This document shows, piece after piece, positions 6,548-18,106 of a stretch of 64,000 nt of DNA. Numbering within the stretch: position 1 is the stretch's first letter; the number at the start of each line of letters is the position of its first letter. Source of the DNA: Enterococcus saccharolyticus subsp. saccharolyticus (GTDB lineage: Bacteria > Bacillota > Bacilli > Lactobacillales > Enterococcaceae). The notes under the pieces are model-generated. The model was not told the DNA's origin, searched no databases, and saw nothing but the letters and a program-made list of their open reading frames with translations. The DNA lies in NCBI RefSeq assembly GCF_029023825.1, contig NZ_CP118957.1:1571794-1635793 (forward strand), in the 5' to 3' direction. Made by a program: the position numbers and the translations under genes.

Positions 6548-8972
6548 TGCTGGTTCCCTCTTTTTCTGTATGGGCAAAAATTGGTTCAATTTGCCAAATA
6601 TCTTCTGCATATAACCTTACCGTATCATCAGAAGAAAAACGGCCGGCATTTGCAATATTTACTAGACTGATTTTACGCCATAACGCTTGATCTTTGTACG
6701 TCGTATCAATGCGTTCTTGCGCTCGACAATAGTCATCAAAATCGCGTAATAAGAAGTATTCATCATTGTAACGAATTAATGAGTCATAAATCTCACGACC
6801 TTCATAACCGATGTTTGGAATCGTACCATCCACAAAAGAATCTACCACTCGTCTAATGACTGGGTTTTCATCATAAATTTGTTTAGAATAATACTCATGA
6901 TTTTCATAATAAGCATATACTTCTTCTTCAGTTAAACCAAAGATACAAATATTCTCATCACCAACAGCATCACGAATTTCAACGTTCGCACCATCTAATG
7001 TCGCCACTGTAACCGCACCATTTAACATTAATTTCATATTACTTGTACCAGATGCTTCTTTTGATGCTAATGAGATTTGCTCACTCACATCTGCAGCTGG
7101 AATAATACGTTCTGCTAAGGATACATTGTAGTTTGGTAAGAAGACAATTTTAATTTTATCTTGAATTGATGCATCATTGTTAATCATATTCGCCACTTCA
7201 TTAATTGTTTTAATGATTGCTTTGGCATACGTATAACTTGGCGCTGCTTTGGCACCAAAAATGAAGACACGTGGGTGAATATCCAACTCAGGATTATCTT
7301 TCAAGTCAAAGTATAACTTAAGAATATGCATCAAGTTTAGCAATTGACGTTTATACGCATGAAGACGTTTAATTTGTACGTCAAAAATTGCATTTGGAGA
7401 CACAGTGATTCCTGTTGTTTCTTGAATATATTCTGCTAACTCTTCTTTCTTCTGGTGTTTTGCTTGTGCTAATTTCTCTAACACTTTTTCATCATTCTGA
7501 TAGTTCATCAATAATTTCAAATCAGAAGAGTCTTTACGCCATGTTTGACCAATCGATTCATCTAACACATTAGATAAAGGTTCATTGGCTAATTGTGACC
7601 AACGGCGTTGTGCAATTCCATTTGTTTTATTGTTGAAACGATCTGGATAAATAACATAGAAGTCATGTAAAACGACTGATTTCAATAAGTCTGAATGGAG
7701 TTTCGCTACACCATTTGTACTATGACTACCAATAATTGATAAATTAGCCATGTGTACTTGATCACCTTGAATGATACGTGTACGTTGAATTAAATCTTCT
7801 GGATGAATACCACGCATTGATTCAACATAACGACGATCAATTTCTTCAATGATTTGATACATACGCGGAACGATTTGTTTCATTAAATAAACTGGCCATT
7901 TTTCTAGCGCCTCTGCTAAAATCGTATGGTTTGTATAGCTCATTACTTTTACAGTGATATCCCAAGCTTGTTCCCAAGTCACATCGTTTTCATCGATTAA
8001 AATACGCATTAATTCAGGAATACACAGTGCTGGATGCGTATCATTAATATGAATCGCTACTTTTTCACTTAATGCAGACCAAGGTTTATTTAATTTTTGG
8101 AAATAACGAACAATACTTTGCACACCTGCTGAAACAAAGAAGTATTCTTGAATCAAACGAGTCATACGACCTCTTTCATTTGAATCATCAGGATATAATA
8201 CTGCTGTTAAATCTTCATAAACACGTCGTTCTTCGATACTCTTATATTTGCCCTCTTCTGAAGCTGGAATTTCGACACTCCATAAACGCATTGTATTAAC
8301 AATTCCGTTTTGGTAGCCTACCATCCCTGTATCATAAGGAACAGCACGTAAGATAATTTCGTTTTCTGCAACTGGTTTTAATTGTCCATTTTCATTTTCT
8401 TTTAAATAGACATCTCCAGCAAAATGCACGTTCACCGCTTTACTTGGACGACGAATTTCCCAGACGTTTCCGTTATTTAACCACTCATCAGGTAATTCTA
8501 CTTGATGTCCGTCTACAAATTGTTGTTTAAATAAACCGTAATCGTAACGGATACCGTTTCCGTTTCCAGGCAATCCGCTTGAAGCAATAGAATCCATAAA
8601 GCATGATGCTAAACGTCCTAAACCACCGTTACCAAGCGCCATATCTTTTTCAACATCTGCTAAATCGTCTAAGTCTACATCTAAGTCTGATAATGTATCA
8701 CGTACTAAATCCAATAGGCCTAAATTTAACAAATTGCTTTTTAGCATTTTCCCTGGTAAAAACTCAATGGAGAAATAGTAAGATTGTTTTTGTTCTTCTT
8801 TTAAATAGTTTTTCCATGTTTCACGCCAGTTATCATTATAAATAGCTTTTACTAAACTACCTAATGTAAAAAACAATTCATCTGCTGAAGCATCTTCTAA
8901 TTCTACTGCGTAACTTTCTCTTACGCGCTGTCGTAACTCTTCTTTTAAATTTTCCTTCGTTAAAATGGTCAT
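6528..8972 (-). CDS. glgP: Glycogen/maltodextrin phosphorylase (GT35), 814 aa.
   Basis: Length and motifs of the alpha-glucan phosphorylase family, including the pyridoxal-phosphate lysine region (EASGTSNMK). Confidence 0.95.
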   Translation of the reverse strand: MTILTKENLKEELRQRVRESYAVELEDASADELFFTLGSLVKAIYNDNWRETWKNYLKEEQKQSYYFSIEFLPGKMLKSNLLNLGLLDLVRDTLSDLDVDLDDLADVEKDMALGNGGLGRLASCFMDSIASSGLPGNGNGIRYDYGLFKQQFVDGHQVELPDEWLNNGNVWEIRRPSKAVNVHFAGDVYLKENENGQLKPVAENEIILRAVPYDTGMVGYQNGIVNTMRLWSVEIPASEEGKYKSIEERRVYEDLTAVLYPDDSNERGRMTRLIQEYFFVSAGVQSIVRYFQKLNKPWSALSEKVAIHINDTHPALCIPELMRILIDENDVTWEQAWDITVKVMSYTNHTILAEALEKWPVYLMKQIVPRMYQIIEEIDRRYVESMRGIHPEDLIQRTRIIQGDQVHMANLSIIGSHSTNGVAKLHSDLLKSVVLHDFYVIYPDRFNNKTNGIAQRRWSQLANEPLSNVLDESIGQTWRKDSSDLKLLMNYQNDEKVLEKLAQAKHQKKEELAEYIQETTGITVSPNAIFDVQIKRLHAYKRQLLNLMHILKLYFDLKDNPELDIHPRVFIFGAKAAPSYTYAKAIIKTINEVANMINNDASIQDKIKIVFLPNYNVSLAERIIPAADVSEQISLASKEASGTSNMKLMLNGAVTVATLDGANVEIRDAVGDENICIFGLTEEEVYAYYENHEYYSKQIYDENPVIRRVVDSFVDGTIPNIGYEGREIYDSLIRYNDEYFLLRDFDDYCRAQERIDTTYKDQALWRKISLVNIANAGRFSSDDTVRLYAEDIWQIEPIFAHTEKEGTSNVFNSF

Positions 8973-9053
8973 TACCCCCTTTTTTTAAAAACAGGCTGAA
9001 ACATTGAATAATTCAACGCCCCAGTCTGCTTGTTTCTAAAACTTTTTATTTAA

Positions 9054-10484
9054 TTACACTATACTTTCATATAAAGCTAGGTAGCCTTCACAGCTAGTTT
9101 CCCAACTGAAATCTTTAGACATCGCATTGCGACGTAATTTATCCCAAGCTTCTGGAGAAGAATAGTATAAATCAATAGCTTTTTTCAAACATTGCATCAA
9201 ATTATATGATGTAAAGTCTTGGAATCCAAATCCTGTGCCAGTACCTTCTACTGGATTAAATGGTTCAACAGTGTCACGCAAACCACCAATTTCATGAACA
9301 ACTGGCAATGTGCCGTAACGCATTGAAATCATTTGTGATAGCCCACAAGGTTCAAATGCAGATGGCATCAAGAAGATATCTGCACCAGCATACATTTTTT
9401 GAGCAAGTTGAACATCAAACGAAATGCTAACTGAACATTTTTCAGGATATCTTTCAGCAATCGATTGGAAACGATTTTCAAATACTGGATCACCGGTTCC
9501 TAATAAAACAAACTGAACATCAAATTGTAATAAGTTTTCTAACTCGTCTAATACTAGATGGAAGCCTTTTTGATACGTTAAGCGACTAACAACAGCAATC
9601 ACTGGTACTTCCTTAATTGGACGTAAGCCCATTAAACGTTGTAAGTCTTCTTTATTTGCTTCTTTACCTGATAAATCGTCTACAGAATACGGGCTAACTA
9701 GTGCTGGATCTGTTTCCGGATTGTTGATGTCATAATCAATTCCATTGACAATTCCACTTAATTTGCCACTTTCCATACGTAAAATTACATCTAGTCCAGA
9801 ACCAAATTCTGGCGTTTTAATTTCATTCGCATACGAAGGACTTACAGTATTTACACGATCAGCGTATAAAATACCAGCTTTCATAAAGTTCAAAGCATCA
9901 CCCATACGGATTGTGCCATCATCATAACGCTCTCTACCCATGCCGAATAAATCTGGTAACACATTCCCACTATATTGCCCTTGGAATTCAATGTTATGAA
10001 TCGTTAACACTGTACGAATATTACTATACGCTTCAATCCAGTTATATTTTTCTTTTAGTAAGAACGGAATCATTGCTGTATGATAGTCATTAACATGAAG
10101 AACATCTGGAATAAAATCAATTTTTTCCATTAATTCAATCACTGCCATTTGGAAAAAGGCAAAGCGTTCCCCATCATCATAATAGCCGTATAAACTTTCG
10201 CGATCGAAATAATACAAGCTATCAATAAAGTAATAGGTTACTCCGTTTAATTCCAAACGTTTCACACCACAATACTGCTTACGCCATCCAACAGTTACTG
10301 TAAAGTTTAAAACGTCTTCACATTGCTCTTTATATTTAGGAGGCATTTTAGTGAAATAAGGTAAAACAACAACCGTTTCAGTTTCTTTTTTCGTTAATTC
10401 CTTTGGTAGCGCACCTGCTACGTCTCCTAAACCGCCTGTTTTGAAAAATGGCGCACATTCAGATGCTGCAAATAGAAGTTTCAT
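9054..10484 (-). CDS. glgA: Glycogen synthase (ADP-glucose dependent, GT5), 476 aa.
   Basis: N-terminal KTGGLGDV motif and overall GlgA architecture. Confidence 0.95.
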   Translation of the reverse strand: MKLLFAASECAPFFKTGGLGDVAGALPKELTKKETETVVVLPYFTKMPPKYKEQCEDVLNFTVTVGWRKQYCGVKRLELNGVTYYFIDSLYYFDRESLYGYYDDGERFAFFQMAVIELMEKIDFIPDVLHVNDYHTAMIPFLLKEKYNWIEAYSNIRTVLTIHNIEFQGQYSGNVLPDLFGMGRERYDDGTIRMGDALNFMKAGILYADRVNTVSPSYANEIKTPEFGSGLDVILRMESGKLSGIVNGIDYDINNPETDPALVSPYSVDDLSGKEANKEDLQRLMGLRPIKEVPVIAVVSRLTYQKGFHLVLDELENLLQFDVQFVLLGTGDPVFENRFQSIAERYPEKCSVSISFDVQLAQKMYAGADIFLMPSAFEPCGLSQMISMRYGTLPVVHEIGGLRDTVEPFNPVEGTGTGFGFQDFTSYNLMQCLKKAIDLYYSSPEAWDKLRRNAMSKDFSWETSCEGYLALYESIV

Positions 10485-10487
10485 TGT

Positions 10488-11630
10488 CTAACCTCCAATA
10501 ATATCTGCTGTTACATGCGTTCCTTTTTTAACAACGACAGGTTTTTCTGGCGTTCCAACAATTTTCACGCCTTCTTCTACGACAATATTTTTATCTAAAA
10601 TTGCGTAGCTAACTTCCGCATTCGCTTTGATTGTATTGCTTGGGAAAATTAGTGAACCACTAACTTTGGCACCTTCAGCAATATCACTCCCACGACCAAT
10701 AATTGAATCTTCTACGTTTCCTTCAATCATACAACCCGTCGAAAATTGACTGTTATTAACAACTGATGTTTCAGAATAATAAGTTGGTACTTCATTTTTC
10801 AATTTTGTATATACTTTTTGACTTGAATACAATAATGAATTGAATTTTTGCGTATCCAACATATCCATATTTGCTTTATAGTAAGAAGGAATGTCGTAAA
10901 TATTGTTTAGGTAACCAGTATACTCATATGCATACGTATCTTTTGAAATACGCTCACGTAAGAAACTCTCTACGTTTCCTAAAACATTTTCAGATTGTTT
11001 TTCACGTAAAATTTCAATTAATTTTTCTGTTTTAATGATAAAAATATCTGTACATAAGTTTGCTACATCTTGTACTTCTGCATTTTTCACTAAAGCTTTT
11101 TTTTCAATTAAGTTATCTTCACCTAATTTGATAATGATATCTTCTTTATATAACAAATCTTTAGGTACACGTTTATACACCACTGTCATTTCATTGCCAT
11201 GTGCTTGATGAATGTGTAACAATGCACGTAAATCAATGTTCACTAAGATTTTGCTACCCATGTAAACAGCATATTCAGATTTTGATTTTTTCAAATAATC
11301 GATAACTAAATCATAGTAGCTGCTATTGTTATCGGCGCGACGGATAAAGTCTTGGTAGATATGAATGAAGAAACGATTTTGAATACCGTCTAAACTCCAT
11401 TCTTTCCCGCCACCAATATGGTCAAATACAGATTGCGTTTCACCTTCATTAAATACCATGAACAATGATTTAATATTCGCATTTGCAATACTTGATAAAT
11501 TAAAATCAAGCAAGCGGTACTTTCCATCAAATGGTAAAGTAGATAGTGGACGATTCGCAGTTAACGGTAATAAATCATCATAACGATGCAAATTTCCAAC
11601 AAGCGCACACATTTTATTAGTCCTCATCAA
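10488..11630 (-). CDS. glgD: Glucose-1-phosphate adenylyltransferase regulatory subunit GlgD-like, 380 aa.
   Basis: Paralog of GlgC with a degenerate N-terminal nucleotide-binding motif, positioned between glgC and glgA as in the Firmicute glgBCDAP operon. Its start overlaps the glgC end. Confidence 0.8.
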   Translation of the reverse strand: MMRTNKMCALVGNLHRYDDLLPLTANRPLSTLPFDGKYRLLDFNLSSIANANIKSLFMVFNEGETQSVFDHIGGGKEWSLDGIQNRFFIHIYQDFIRRADNNSSYYDLVIDYLKKSKSEYAVYMGSKILVNIDLRALLHIHQAHGNEMTVVYKRVPKDLLYKEDIIIKLGEDNLIEKKALVKNAEVQDVANLCTDIFIIKTEKLIEILREKQSENVLGNVESFLRERISKDTYAYEYTGYLNNIYDIPSYYKANMDMLDTQKFNSLLYSSQKVYTKLKNEVPTYYSETSVVNNSQFSTGCMIEGNVEDSIIGRGSDIAEGAKVSGSLIFPSNTIKANAEVSYAILDKNIVVEEGVKIVGTPEKPVVVKKGTHVTADIIGG

Positions 11631-12759
11631 CAGTCACTCCAATCACTTCAGAATAGCCAACCACAGCAATTTCTTCTGTTCCATCGATTACTGCATTATC
11701 TCCAATAATCGCATCTTCCCCAATAATTGCTTTATGGATAGATACATTTTTACCAATCGTTGCACCAGACATGATAACACTGTCTGTAATTTTCGCACCT
11801 TCTTTGACTTGTACGTCATCTGATAAGACACTATGATCAACATCGCCGGCAATATAACAACCGTCAGAAATCAATGAATTTTTTGCTGACCCGGTCTCAG
11901 TGACAAAGTGTGGTGGCGAAATAGGATTTTTTGAATAAATACGCCATGCTTTATCACGAATGTTCAATTCCATATCTGGACGTAAGAATTCCATATTTGC
12001 TTCCCATAACGAATCGATAGTACCTACGTCTTTCCAATAACCATCAAAACGATACGCGACAACTGTTTCGCCGCTATCTAAGTAAGCAGGAATAACATGT
12101 TTTCCGAAGTCATTCATTGAACTATCTTTTGCATAACTCGATGTTAAAATACTTCTTAAACGCCCCCAATTGAAAATGTAAATCCCCATTGATGCAAGGT
12201 TGTTCTTTGGCTCTTCTGGTTTTTCATCAAATTCAATAATACGATTATTATCATCCGTATTCATAATACCGAAACGAGAAGCTTCTTTCATTGGTACTTC
12301 GATAACTGCAACAGATAAAGAAGCATTGTTACGTTTATGGTTTTCAAGCATTTCTTCATAATCCATTTTATAGATATGGTCTCCAGATAAGACTAAAACA
12401 TATTGTGGATCTAATTGATCGATATAAGAAATATTTTGATAAATCGCATGTGCTGTTCCTTCAAACCATTTACTACCTTCTGAACTTGAGTAAGGTTGTA
12501 AAATAGTTGCGCCAGCATTAATACCATCTAACCCCCAACTTGCACCATTTCCAATGTGACTGTTTAACGCAAGTGGTTGATATTGTGTTACTACCCCTAC
12601 GTTATTAATTCCTGAGTTTGCACAGTTACTTAAAGTAAAATCGATAATACGATATCTTCCTCCAAAAGGAACTGCGGGTTTAGCCATATTTTTGGTTAAT
12701 TTGCCAAGTCGCGTACCTTGCCCTCCCGCAAGAATCATGGCTACCATTTCTGTTTTCAT
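11617..12759 (-). CDS. glgC: Glucose-1-phosphate adenylyltransferase (ADP-glucose pyrophosphorylase), 380 aa.
   Basis: AGGQGTRL nucleotidyltransferase motif and a left-handed beta-helix C-terminus. Confidence 0.95.
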   Translation of the reverse strand: MKTEMVAMILAGGQGTRLGKLTKNMAKPAVPFGGRYRIIDFTLSNCANSGINNVGVVTQYQPLALNSHIGNGASWGLDGINAGATILQPYSSSEGSKWFEGTAHAIYQNISYIDQLDPQYVLVLSGDHIYKMDYEEMLENHKRNNASLSVAVIEVPMKEASRFGIMNTDDNNRIIEFDEKPEEPKNNLASMGIYIFNWGRLRSILTSSYAKDSSMNDFGKHVIPAYLDSGETVVAYRFDGYWKDVGTIDSLWEANMEFLRPDMELNIRDKAWRIYSKNPISPPHFVTETGSAKNSLISDGCYIAGDVDHSVLSDDVQVKEGAKITDSVIMSGATIGKNVSIHKAIIGEDAIIGDNAVIDGTEEIAVVGYSEVIGVTVDED

Positions 12760-14750
12760 TTTTTCGGTGAAGAATCCACCTTGCCCCCTTTCAACTTACT
12801 TGCTTGTATTTCTTTTTTTGTTTCTTCTGTGGTTACTTTTGTGGCTTTTCTTACTTTTTTCTGCACTCGTACATTAATATCTTTTGGACGAATGATTAAA
12901 GCGCCTAATGATGGTAAAACTGTTTGAATTTGATAATCAAATTTCTTAAATGATTGCTCGATTGTTTGTACATCGCTATTATGTTTTGTCCACGTGCCGC
13001 CAAATTCCTCCATTTCTGTATTAAGTATTTCTTGATACGTACCTGGATAAGGAACACCTATTGTAAAATCATGTCGTTCCACTGGTGCAAGATTTAAAAC
13101 GACAATCAAGAAATCTTTTTTCATTTTGCCTTTGCGAATAAACGAAAGCACGGTATCGTTGAGATTATCAGCATCAATAATCTCAATTGTTTCGCGACTA
13201 TCCTCTAATTCCCATAAGGCAGGCTCATTTTCATAGAATTGATTCAATGTACTCGTAAAGTGTTGCATTTTGAGGTTCATCTCATCGTCTAAGTTGCCCC
13301 ATTCCAGTTGTTCGTCATATTTCCATTCAAGAAATTGACCAAACTCACTTCCCATAAAGAGTAATTTTTTTCCTGGATGAGTCATCATATACGTATACAT
13401 ATTACGCAAATGCGCAAATTGTTTGTATCGATCGCCCCACATTTTATGCATCAAACTTTTCTTTCCATGAACAACTTCATCGTGAGAAAAAGCCAATATA
13501 TAGTTTTCATTCATCATATACATAAATGAGAATGTCAATAAACGGAAGTTATCTTTTCGGAACAATGGATCCATTTCGTAAAAACGTAAGACATCATTCA
13601 TCCAGCCCATGTTCCACTTGTAATCAAATCCTAATGAACCATTTTCAATTAGCCCAGTAATTTTTGTCTCTGAGCTACTTTCTTCAGCCATCATGATTGT
13701 TGCTGGATGCGCCAATTTAATAACGGCATTTAATTTTTGTAAGAAATAAAATCCTTCAAAATTCCGATTGCCACCTTCATGGTTCGGTGTCCATGGACCA
13801 TCATCATAGTCCAAATACAACATACTTGAAACTGCATCAACACGGATACCATCAATATGGTACATTTCAAGCCAAAATAGCGCACTTGAAATTAAGAAAC
13901 TTTGGACTTGTGGTTTTCCTAAGTCAAAACAAATAGTTCCCCAACGATTATTTTTTGCTCGATTTGGATCCTCATATTCAAATGTTGGTGTCCCATCATA
14001 ATAGGGTAATGTATCATCATTGATACAAAAATGGCCTGGCACCCAATCGACGAATATACCTATATTATTCAGGTGACATTCTTCAACAAAATCCTGAAAT
14101 TCTTTTGGTGTCCCATAATATGAAGACAAAGCAAAATAACCGGTCAGCTGGTAGCCCCATGACATACCTAATGGATGCTCCATTAAAGGCATAAATTCAA
14201 TGTGGGTATATCCCATTTTTTTCACATAAGGAATGAGTTCGTCTTTTAAGTCAGCAAACGAATACGGTGTCCCATCTGGATGTTGTTTCCATGAACTTGC
14301 ATGAACTTCATAGATGTTTAATGGTCGTTTAAACGTATTGCGTCGTTTTTGTCGCCCACGCCACAAACCATCTTTCCATTTTTTAGTTGGAACCGTATGC
14401 AAAAGCGCAGCCATACCAGGACGTTCTTCAAATCGAATGGCAAATGGATCAATTTTCATGATTTCTCGCCCATTCGCTTGACGAACTTTAAATTTGTATT
14501 TTTCGCCTTCTTGAGGAAGTGCTGTTTTTACTTCCCAAATCCCTGATACTTCGCGTATTTCCATGGGAAGCGAATCATCCCATTCGTTAAAATCACCAAC
14601 TAACCATACTTTTTGCGCATTTGGTGCCCATACACGAAAAATATAGTCGTCTCCTTCTTTATGCACGCCCAATAAATGTTGTGCGTAAAAATTCTCTCCG
14701 GTTAAAAATCTTTGTTCAGCTTCTAAAAACTTTTTGTCTTTCACACTCAT
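12756..14750 (-). CDS. glgB: 1,4-alpha-glucan branching enzyme (GH13_9), 664 aa.
   Basis: GH13 branching-enzyme motifs and length. 4-nt overlap with the glgC start. RBS AGGAG upstream of the ATG at 14750. Confidence 0.95.
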   Translation of the reverse strand: MSVKDKKFLEAEQRFLTGENFYAQHLLGVHKEGDDYIFRVWAPNAQKVWLVGDFNEWDDSLPMEIREVSGIWEVKTALPQEGEKYKFKVRQANGREIMKIDPFAIRFEERPGMAALLHTVPTKKWKDGLWRGRQKRRNTFKRPLNIYEVHASSWKQHPDGTPYSFADLKDELIPYVKKMGYTHIEFMPLMEHPLGMSWGYQLTGYFALSSYYGTPKEFQDFVEECHLNNIGIFVDWVPGHFCINDDTLPYYDGTPTFEYEDPNRAKNNRWGTICFDLGKPQVQSFLISSALFWLEMYHIDGIRVDAVSSMLYLDYDDGPWTPNHEGGNRNFEGFYFLQKLNAVIKLAHPATIMMAEESSSETKITGLIENGSLGFDYKWNMGWMNDVLRFYEMDPLFRKDNFRLLTFSFMYMMNENYILAFSHDEVVHGKKSLMHKMWGDRYKQFAHLRNMYTYMMTHPGKKLLFMGSEFGQFLEWKYDEQLEWGNLDDEMNLKMQHFTSTLNQFYENEPALWELEDSRETIEIIDADNLNDTVLSFIRKGKMKKDFLIVVLNLAPVERHDFTIGVPYPGTYQEILNTEMEEFGGTWTKHNSDVQTIEQSFKKFDYQIQTVLPSLGALIIRPKDINVRVQKKVRKATKVTTEETKKEIQASKLKGGKVDSSPKK

Positions 14751-15286
14751 GACAAAACTCCTAACCGTATATAATAAATAACTAATAACGCTAAAAATAA
14801 AAAAACTGAAAAGTCGTGTAACCCTTTTGTCTTTTGATTTCTAATACAATTATATCATGTTTTTAATCTTTTAAAATAAAAATCAACAACATTATTTAAA
14901 ATAACACAGGAATAATATTATTTAAAATTCTCAAGAAAAAAATGTTATTTACGGAAAAATTTTCATTCTTTCACAACAGCTTTTAAAAGTTTTTTCCTTT
15001 CATTTTCCACAAAGAAATCCAAAGAAAACACTATCAAAACAACTATTGAAAATATTTTCATTTCAAAAATAGAAAAATCGAGCGAAAATCCGAACATTTT
15101 TTCTCAATTTTTTTCACAAAATAATAAAACTATTGCGAAAATTCATTTTTCTATGAATAACTTTTTATGATAAAAATAACTAGAAAAAACGAATTTCCTC
15201 CTAAAATACCAATTAGATAACACTTTGTAGAGAAAACCATTACATTAAAATCAGATTAAAAAATTAAAAACAAAAAAAAGAACGCC
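14751..15286 (-). promoter_or_regulatory. Unusually long (536 bp), ORF-free, very AT-rich leader/promoter region upstream of glgB. Contains several short palindromes of the form GAAAAT-(0-3)-ATTTTC.
   Basis: No ORF of 60 aa or more on either strand. Repeated palindromes such as GGAAAAATTTTC (about 14953), TTGAAAATATTTTCA (about 15047) and GAAAATTCATTTTTC (about 15157). Confidence 0.4.
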
Positions 15287-16102
15287 TTAGCGCTCTTCCT
15301 TGATAAAAATAGTTGATATAGTTTTCATATCTAACTCGTCCATTACTCTTGCAAGAACTATTCGTCTGGTCATGATTGATAATTGCTCAAATTCAGGAAA
15401 AGAATCTACCACATATGGTCTTGTATAAACGGGCACACATAATTCAAGCGTCTCATTTTTGTTAGCTAACCCAAACATCGTCAGCGATTGGACAAAGATA
15501 CTATCTCGAATACGACGACGATTGGCCAAAAGCTTCTCCACAATCACTTCTATTTGGTCCAAGTAATAGGCAACCGAAACATCGCCCAACAACTGCATCG
15601 TGGTTTGATAAACCGGTATTGGCTGCATAGTACGTAAAGAACGAAAATAACGTGGCAATGTGAGCGGCCATTCATCAACAGACAACGACGTCACCGCAAA
15701 TGTTTCCGTTGACATTCGATCATAATAAACTAATGGTACAGATTCATCGATTCCATAAATCATATCTACTCTTTCTTTTGGAAATAGACTCTCTAAAAAA
15801 ACAACACGATCACTTTCCTTTATTCCCGTTAAGCTTGCAGAAAGCTTTGAAGACCAACTAGCTATTTCAGTCTCATTGACTTCAATGATGGGAAAATTAA
15901 GCAAATAGCGTCGGTCTTTTCGTTGAATGATTTCTTTTTTTATTAAATGATTCAATTGTTTTTCTACTTTTGCTCCAAATACTTCTTTTAAGCGACGAAG
16001 TGTCGGTGTTTCTTTTTGTAAAATAAGAACTAATTCTTCAAAAAAAGGACTTCTCACTAGCTCAGCTACTCCTTCATCTGACGTTTCAAAAATAATTTTC
16101 AT
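15287..16102 (-). CDS. Conserved hypothetical protein, 271 aa, DUF-type, no recognisable catalytic motif.
   Basis: Long intact ORF with a downstream terminator-like hairpin. Located next to ppaC. Confidence 0.5.
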   Translation of the reverse strand: MKIIFETSDEGVAELVRSPFFEELVLILQKETPTLRRLKEVFGAKVEKQLNHLIKKEIIQRKDRRYLLNFPIIEVNETEIASWSSKLSASLTGIKESDRVVFLESLFPKERVDMIYGIDESVPLVYYDRMSTETFAVTSLSVDEWPLTLPRYFRSLRTMQPIPVYQTTMQLLGDVSVAYYLDQIEVIVEKLLANRRRIRDSIFVQSLTMFGLANKNETLELCVPVYTRPYVVDSFPEFEQLSIMTRRIVLARVMDELDMKTISTIFIKEER

Positions 16103-16163
16103 CGCTATCTCCTACGAAAAAACACTTCGGAAGATTATTCTTCGCGAAGTGTTTTTATTTTAC

Positions 16164-17090
16164 TTAATTAAAGCTTTCAGTTAATTGTGGTACGACTTGT
16201 TTTTTACGAGAAACAACGCCTTGTAAGAACGCACGGTTATTTTCTAATGCCACGTTGAATGCTTGCTCAACATTGGCTTTTGGCTCACCCACTACTAATA
16301 ATTCAGAATCACTATCTAAAATATTTGTGACCACTAATAAGAATAAGTCATAACCATTGTCTGTATTCGCTTTGTCCATCGCTGCTTCTAGTTCTGCTTG
16401 ACGTTCAAATACTTCAGCCAAGTCAACCGTATTCACTTGTGCAATACGAACGTTTTTATCGCCCATTGGGAAACTTTTAGCATCTAAATCCAATAACGTT
16501 TCCACCGTTTTGTCGCTTAATTTTGTACCAGCTTTTAACATTTCTAAACCGTATGCTTCTAAATCAACATCAGCAAGCTCTGCTAATGCTTTTGCCGCTT
16601 GGATATCTTCCTCTGTGCAAGTTGGAGATTTGAATAATAATGTGTCTGATACAATTGCAGATAACATCATACCTGCTACTGCTTGAGGAATATCAATCGT
16701 ATGTTCTTTATACATTTTGAAAACAATGGTACTTGTGCAGCCTACTGGTTCTGCACGATAGTATAAAGGGTTTGCTGTTTCAAAATTGGCAATTCTATGG
16801 TGGTCAACCACAGATAGGATATTCACCTCTGCAATATCTGCCACACTTTGTTGGAATTCGTTGTGATCCACTAACATCACGTCAGTTGTTTCATTTGCAA
16901 CTGTTTCAACAATACGTGGTGCAGTTAAACCAAAATGATCCAAGGCATATTGTGTTTCCTCACTTGGTGCGCCTAATGCAACAGCTTCTGCATCTTTTCC
17001 TAACGCTTTTTGTAATTCTGCAAAGGCAATTGCTGCCCCGATTGCATCTGTATCCGGATTTTGGTGTCCAAAGACTAAAATTTTTGACAT
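16164..17090 (-). CDS. ppaC: Manganese-dependent inorganic pyrophosphatase (family II, DHH).
   Basis: N-terminal [15 protein letters not shown] motif. 308 aa, typical of Firmicute PpaC. Confidence 0.95.
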   Translation of the reverse strand: MSKILVFGHQNPDTDAIGAAIAFAELQKALGKDAEAVALGAPSEETQYALDHFGLTAPRIVETVANETTDVMLVDHNEFQQSVADIAEVNILSVVDHHRIANFETANPLYYRAEPVGCTSTIVFKMYKEHTIDIPQAVAGMMLSAIVSDTLLFKSPTCTEEDIQAAKALAELADVDLEAYGLEMLKAGTKLSDKTVETLLDLDAKSFPMGDKNVRIAQVNTVDLAEVFERQAELEAAMDKANTDNGYDLFLLVVTNILDSDSELLVVGEPKANVEQAFNVALENNRAFLQGVVSRKKQVVPQLTESFN

Positions 17091-17279
17091 ATGCTTCGCT
17101 CCAATCTTTCAATTCATTGTTAATCATAGCAAAATCACACAGAAATTTCCATATCTTTCCTTGAAAAGGCACGTATTATTTTGCGGCACAAAAAGAGAGT
17201 GTACCATCCATCAAAGCAAACTAAAAATATCATTCAGATATTTTAAATTGAAATAGACGGATACCACAATCTCTTTTCA

Positions 17280-18047
17280 TTACCGCGTTAAATACTTTGT
17301 ATATTGATCGACATGCAACAAGTCTTTGGCATTTTTGACACGATCTTGTCCAGGTGGCTCAATTCCTTCTAAAGGATATTTAAGCCCTAATTCATCCCAT
17401 TTGTATTTTCCCATCGTATGATAGGGTAATACTTCTACTTTATCCACATTATCTAATGTTTGGATGAAATCATCTAAACGAATCAAAAATTCATCGTAAT
17501 CGCTACGTTGAGGGACTAATACATGACGAATCCAAACGGGTTTGTTAATCTCAGAAAGATATTTAGCCATTTCTAAAATATTTTCATTGCTTTGTGTCGT
17601 TAATCGTTTATGCGCATCATTATCAATGTGTTTAATATCAAACAACAATAAATCAGTATAATTCATTAACTCTTCAAATTGGCTAAAAAATGGTTCTTCT
17701 CTGGTAAATGGTTTGCCACATGTATCTAGGGTCGTATGAATTCCTTGCGCTTTTGCCTTTTTAAATAAATCAATCAGAAAGTCTACTTGAAGCAAAGGTT
17801 CACCACCACTTACAGTGATACCACCTTTTTCTCCCCAATAAGCACGATATTTTGCCGCTTCTTCAAGAACATCATCTGCCGAACGCAAAGATGCTTTTGG
17901 ATCATTAATCTTCCAAGTATCTGGATTATGACAAAATTGACAACGCATCCGACATCCTTGAGTGAATACGATAAATCGGACGCCAGGTCCATCAACTGTT
18001 CCAAAGCTTTCTGTAGAATGTATTCTTCCCATCACTGGAGTCGTCAT
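17280..18047 (-). CDS. pflA: Pyruvate formate-lyase activating enzyme (radical SAM).
   Basis: The CxxxCxxC-containing region (GCRMRCQFCHNPDTW) and glycyl-radical activase family features. Confidence 0.95.
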   Translation of the reverse strand: MTTPVMGRIHSTESFGTVDGPGVRFIVFTQGCRMRCQFCHNPDTWKINDPKASLRSADDVLEEAAKYRAYWGEKGGITVSGGEPLLQVDFLIDLFKKAKAQGIHTTLDTCGKPFTREEPFFSQFEELMNYTDLLLFDIKHIDNDAHKRLTTQSNENILEMAKYLSEINKPVWIRHVLVPQRSDYDEFLIRLDDFIQTLDNVDKVEVLPYHTMGKYKWDELGLKYPLEGIEPPGQDRVKNAKDLLHVDQYTKYLTR

Positions 18048-18049
18048 AA

Positions 18050-18100
18050 AAATCCCTCTCTCTTTACAAAAGAGAGTGACTTCGCCACTCTCTTATTCTT
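18050..18100 (-). terminator. Hairpin and T-run between pflB and pflA; terminator or attenuator of pflB.
   Basis: Minus-strand AAGAGAGTG-GCGAAGT-CACTCTCTT followed by a T-rich stretch. Confidence 0.5.
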
Positions 18101-18106
18101 TTATTC

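Noticed and set aside
16733-17164. 143-aa plus-strand ORF antisense to ppaC, and similar antisense ORFs inside pflA, floT (31607..32068), PBP2B (55565..56050) and ctpA
   Set aside because: They lie entirely inside well-supported genes on the opposite strand, have low-complexity L/Q/F-rich translations and no RBS; typical antisense frame artefacts of AT-rich DNA.
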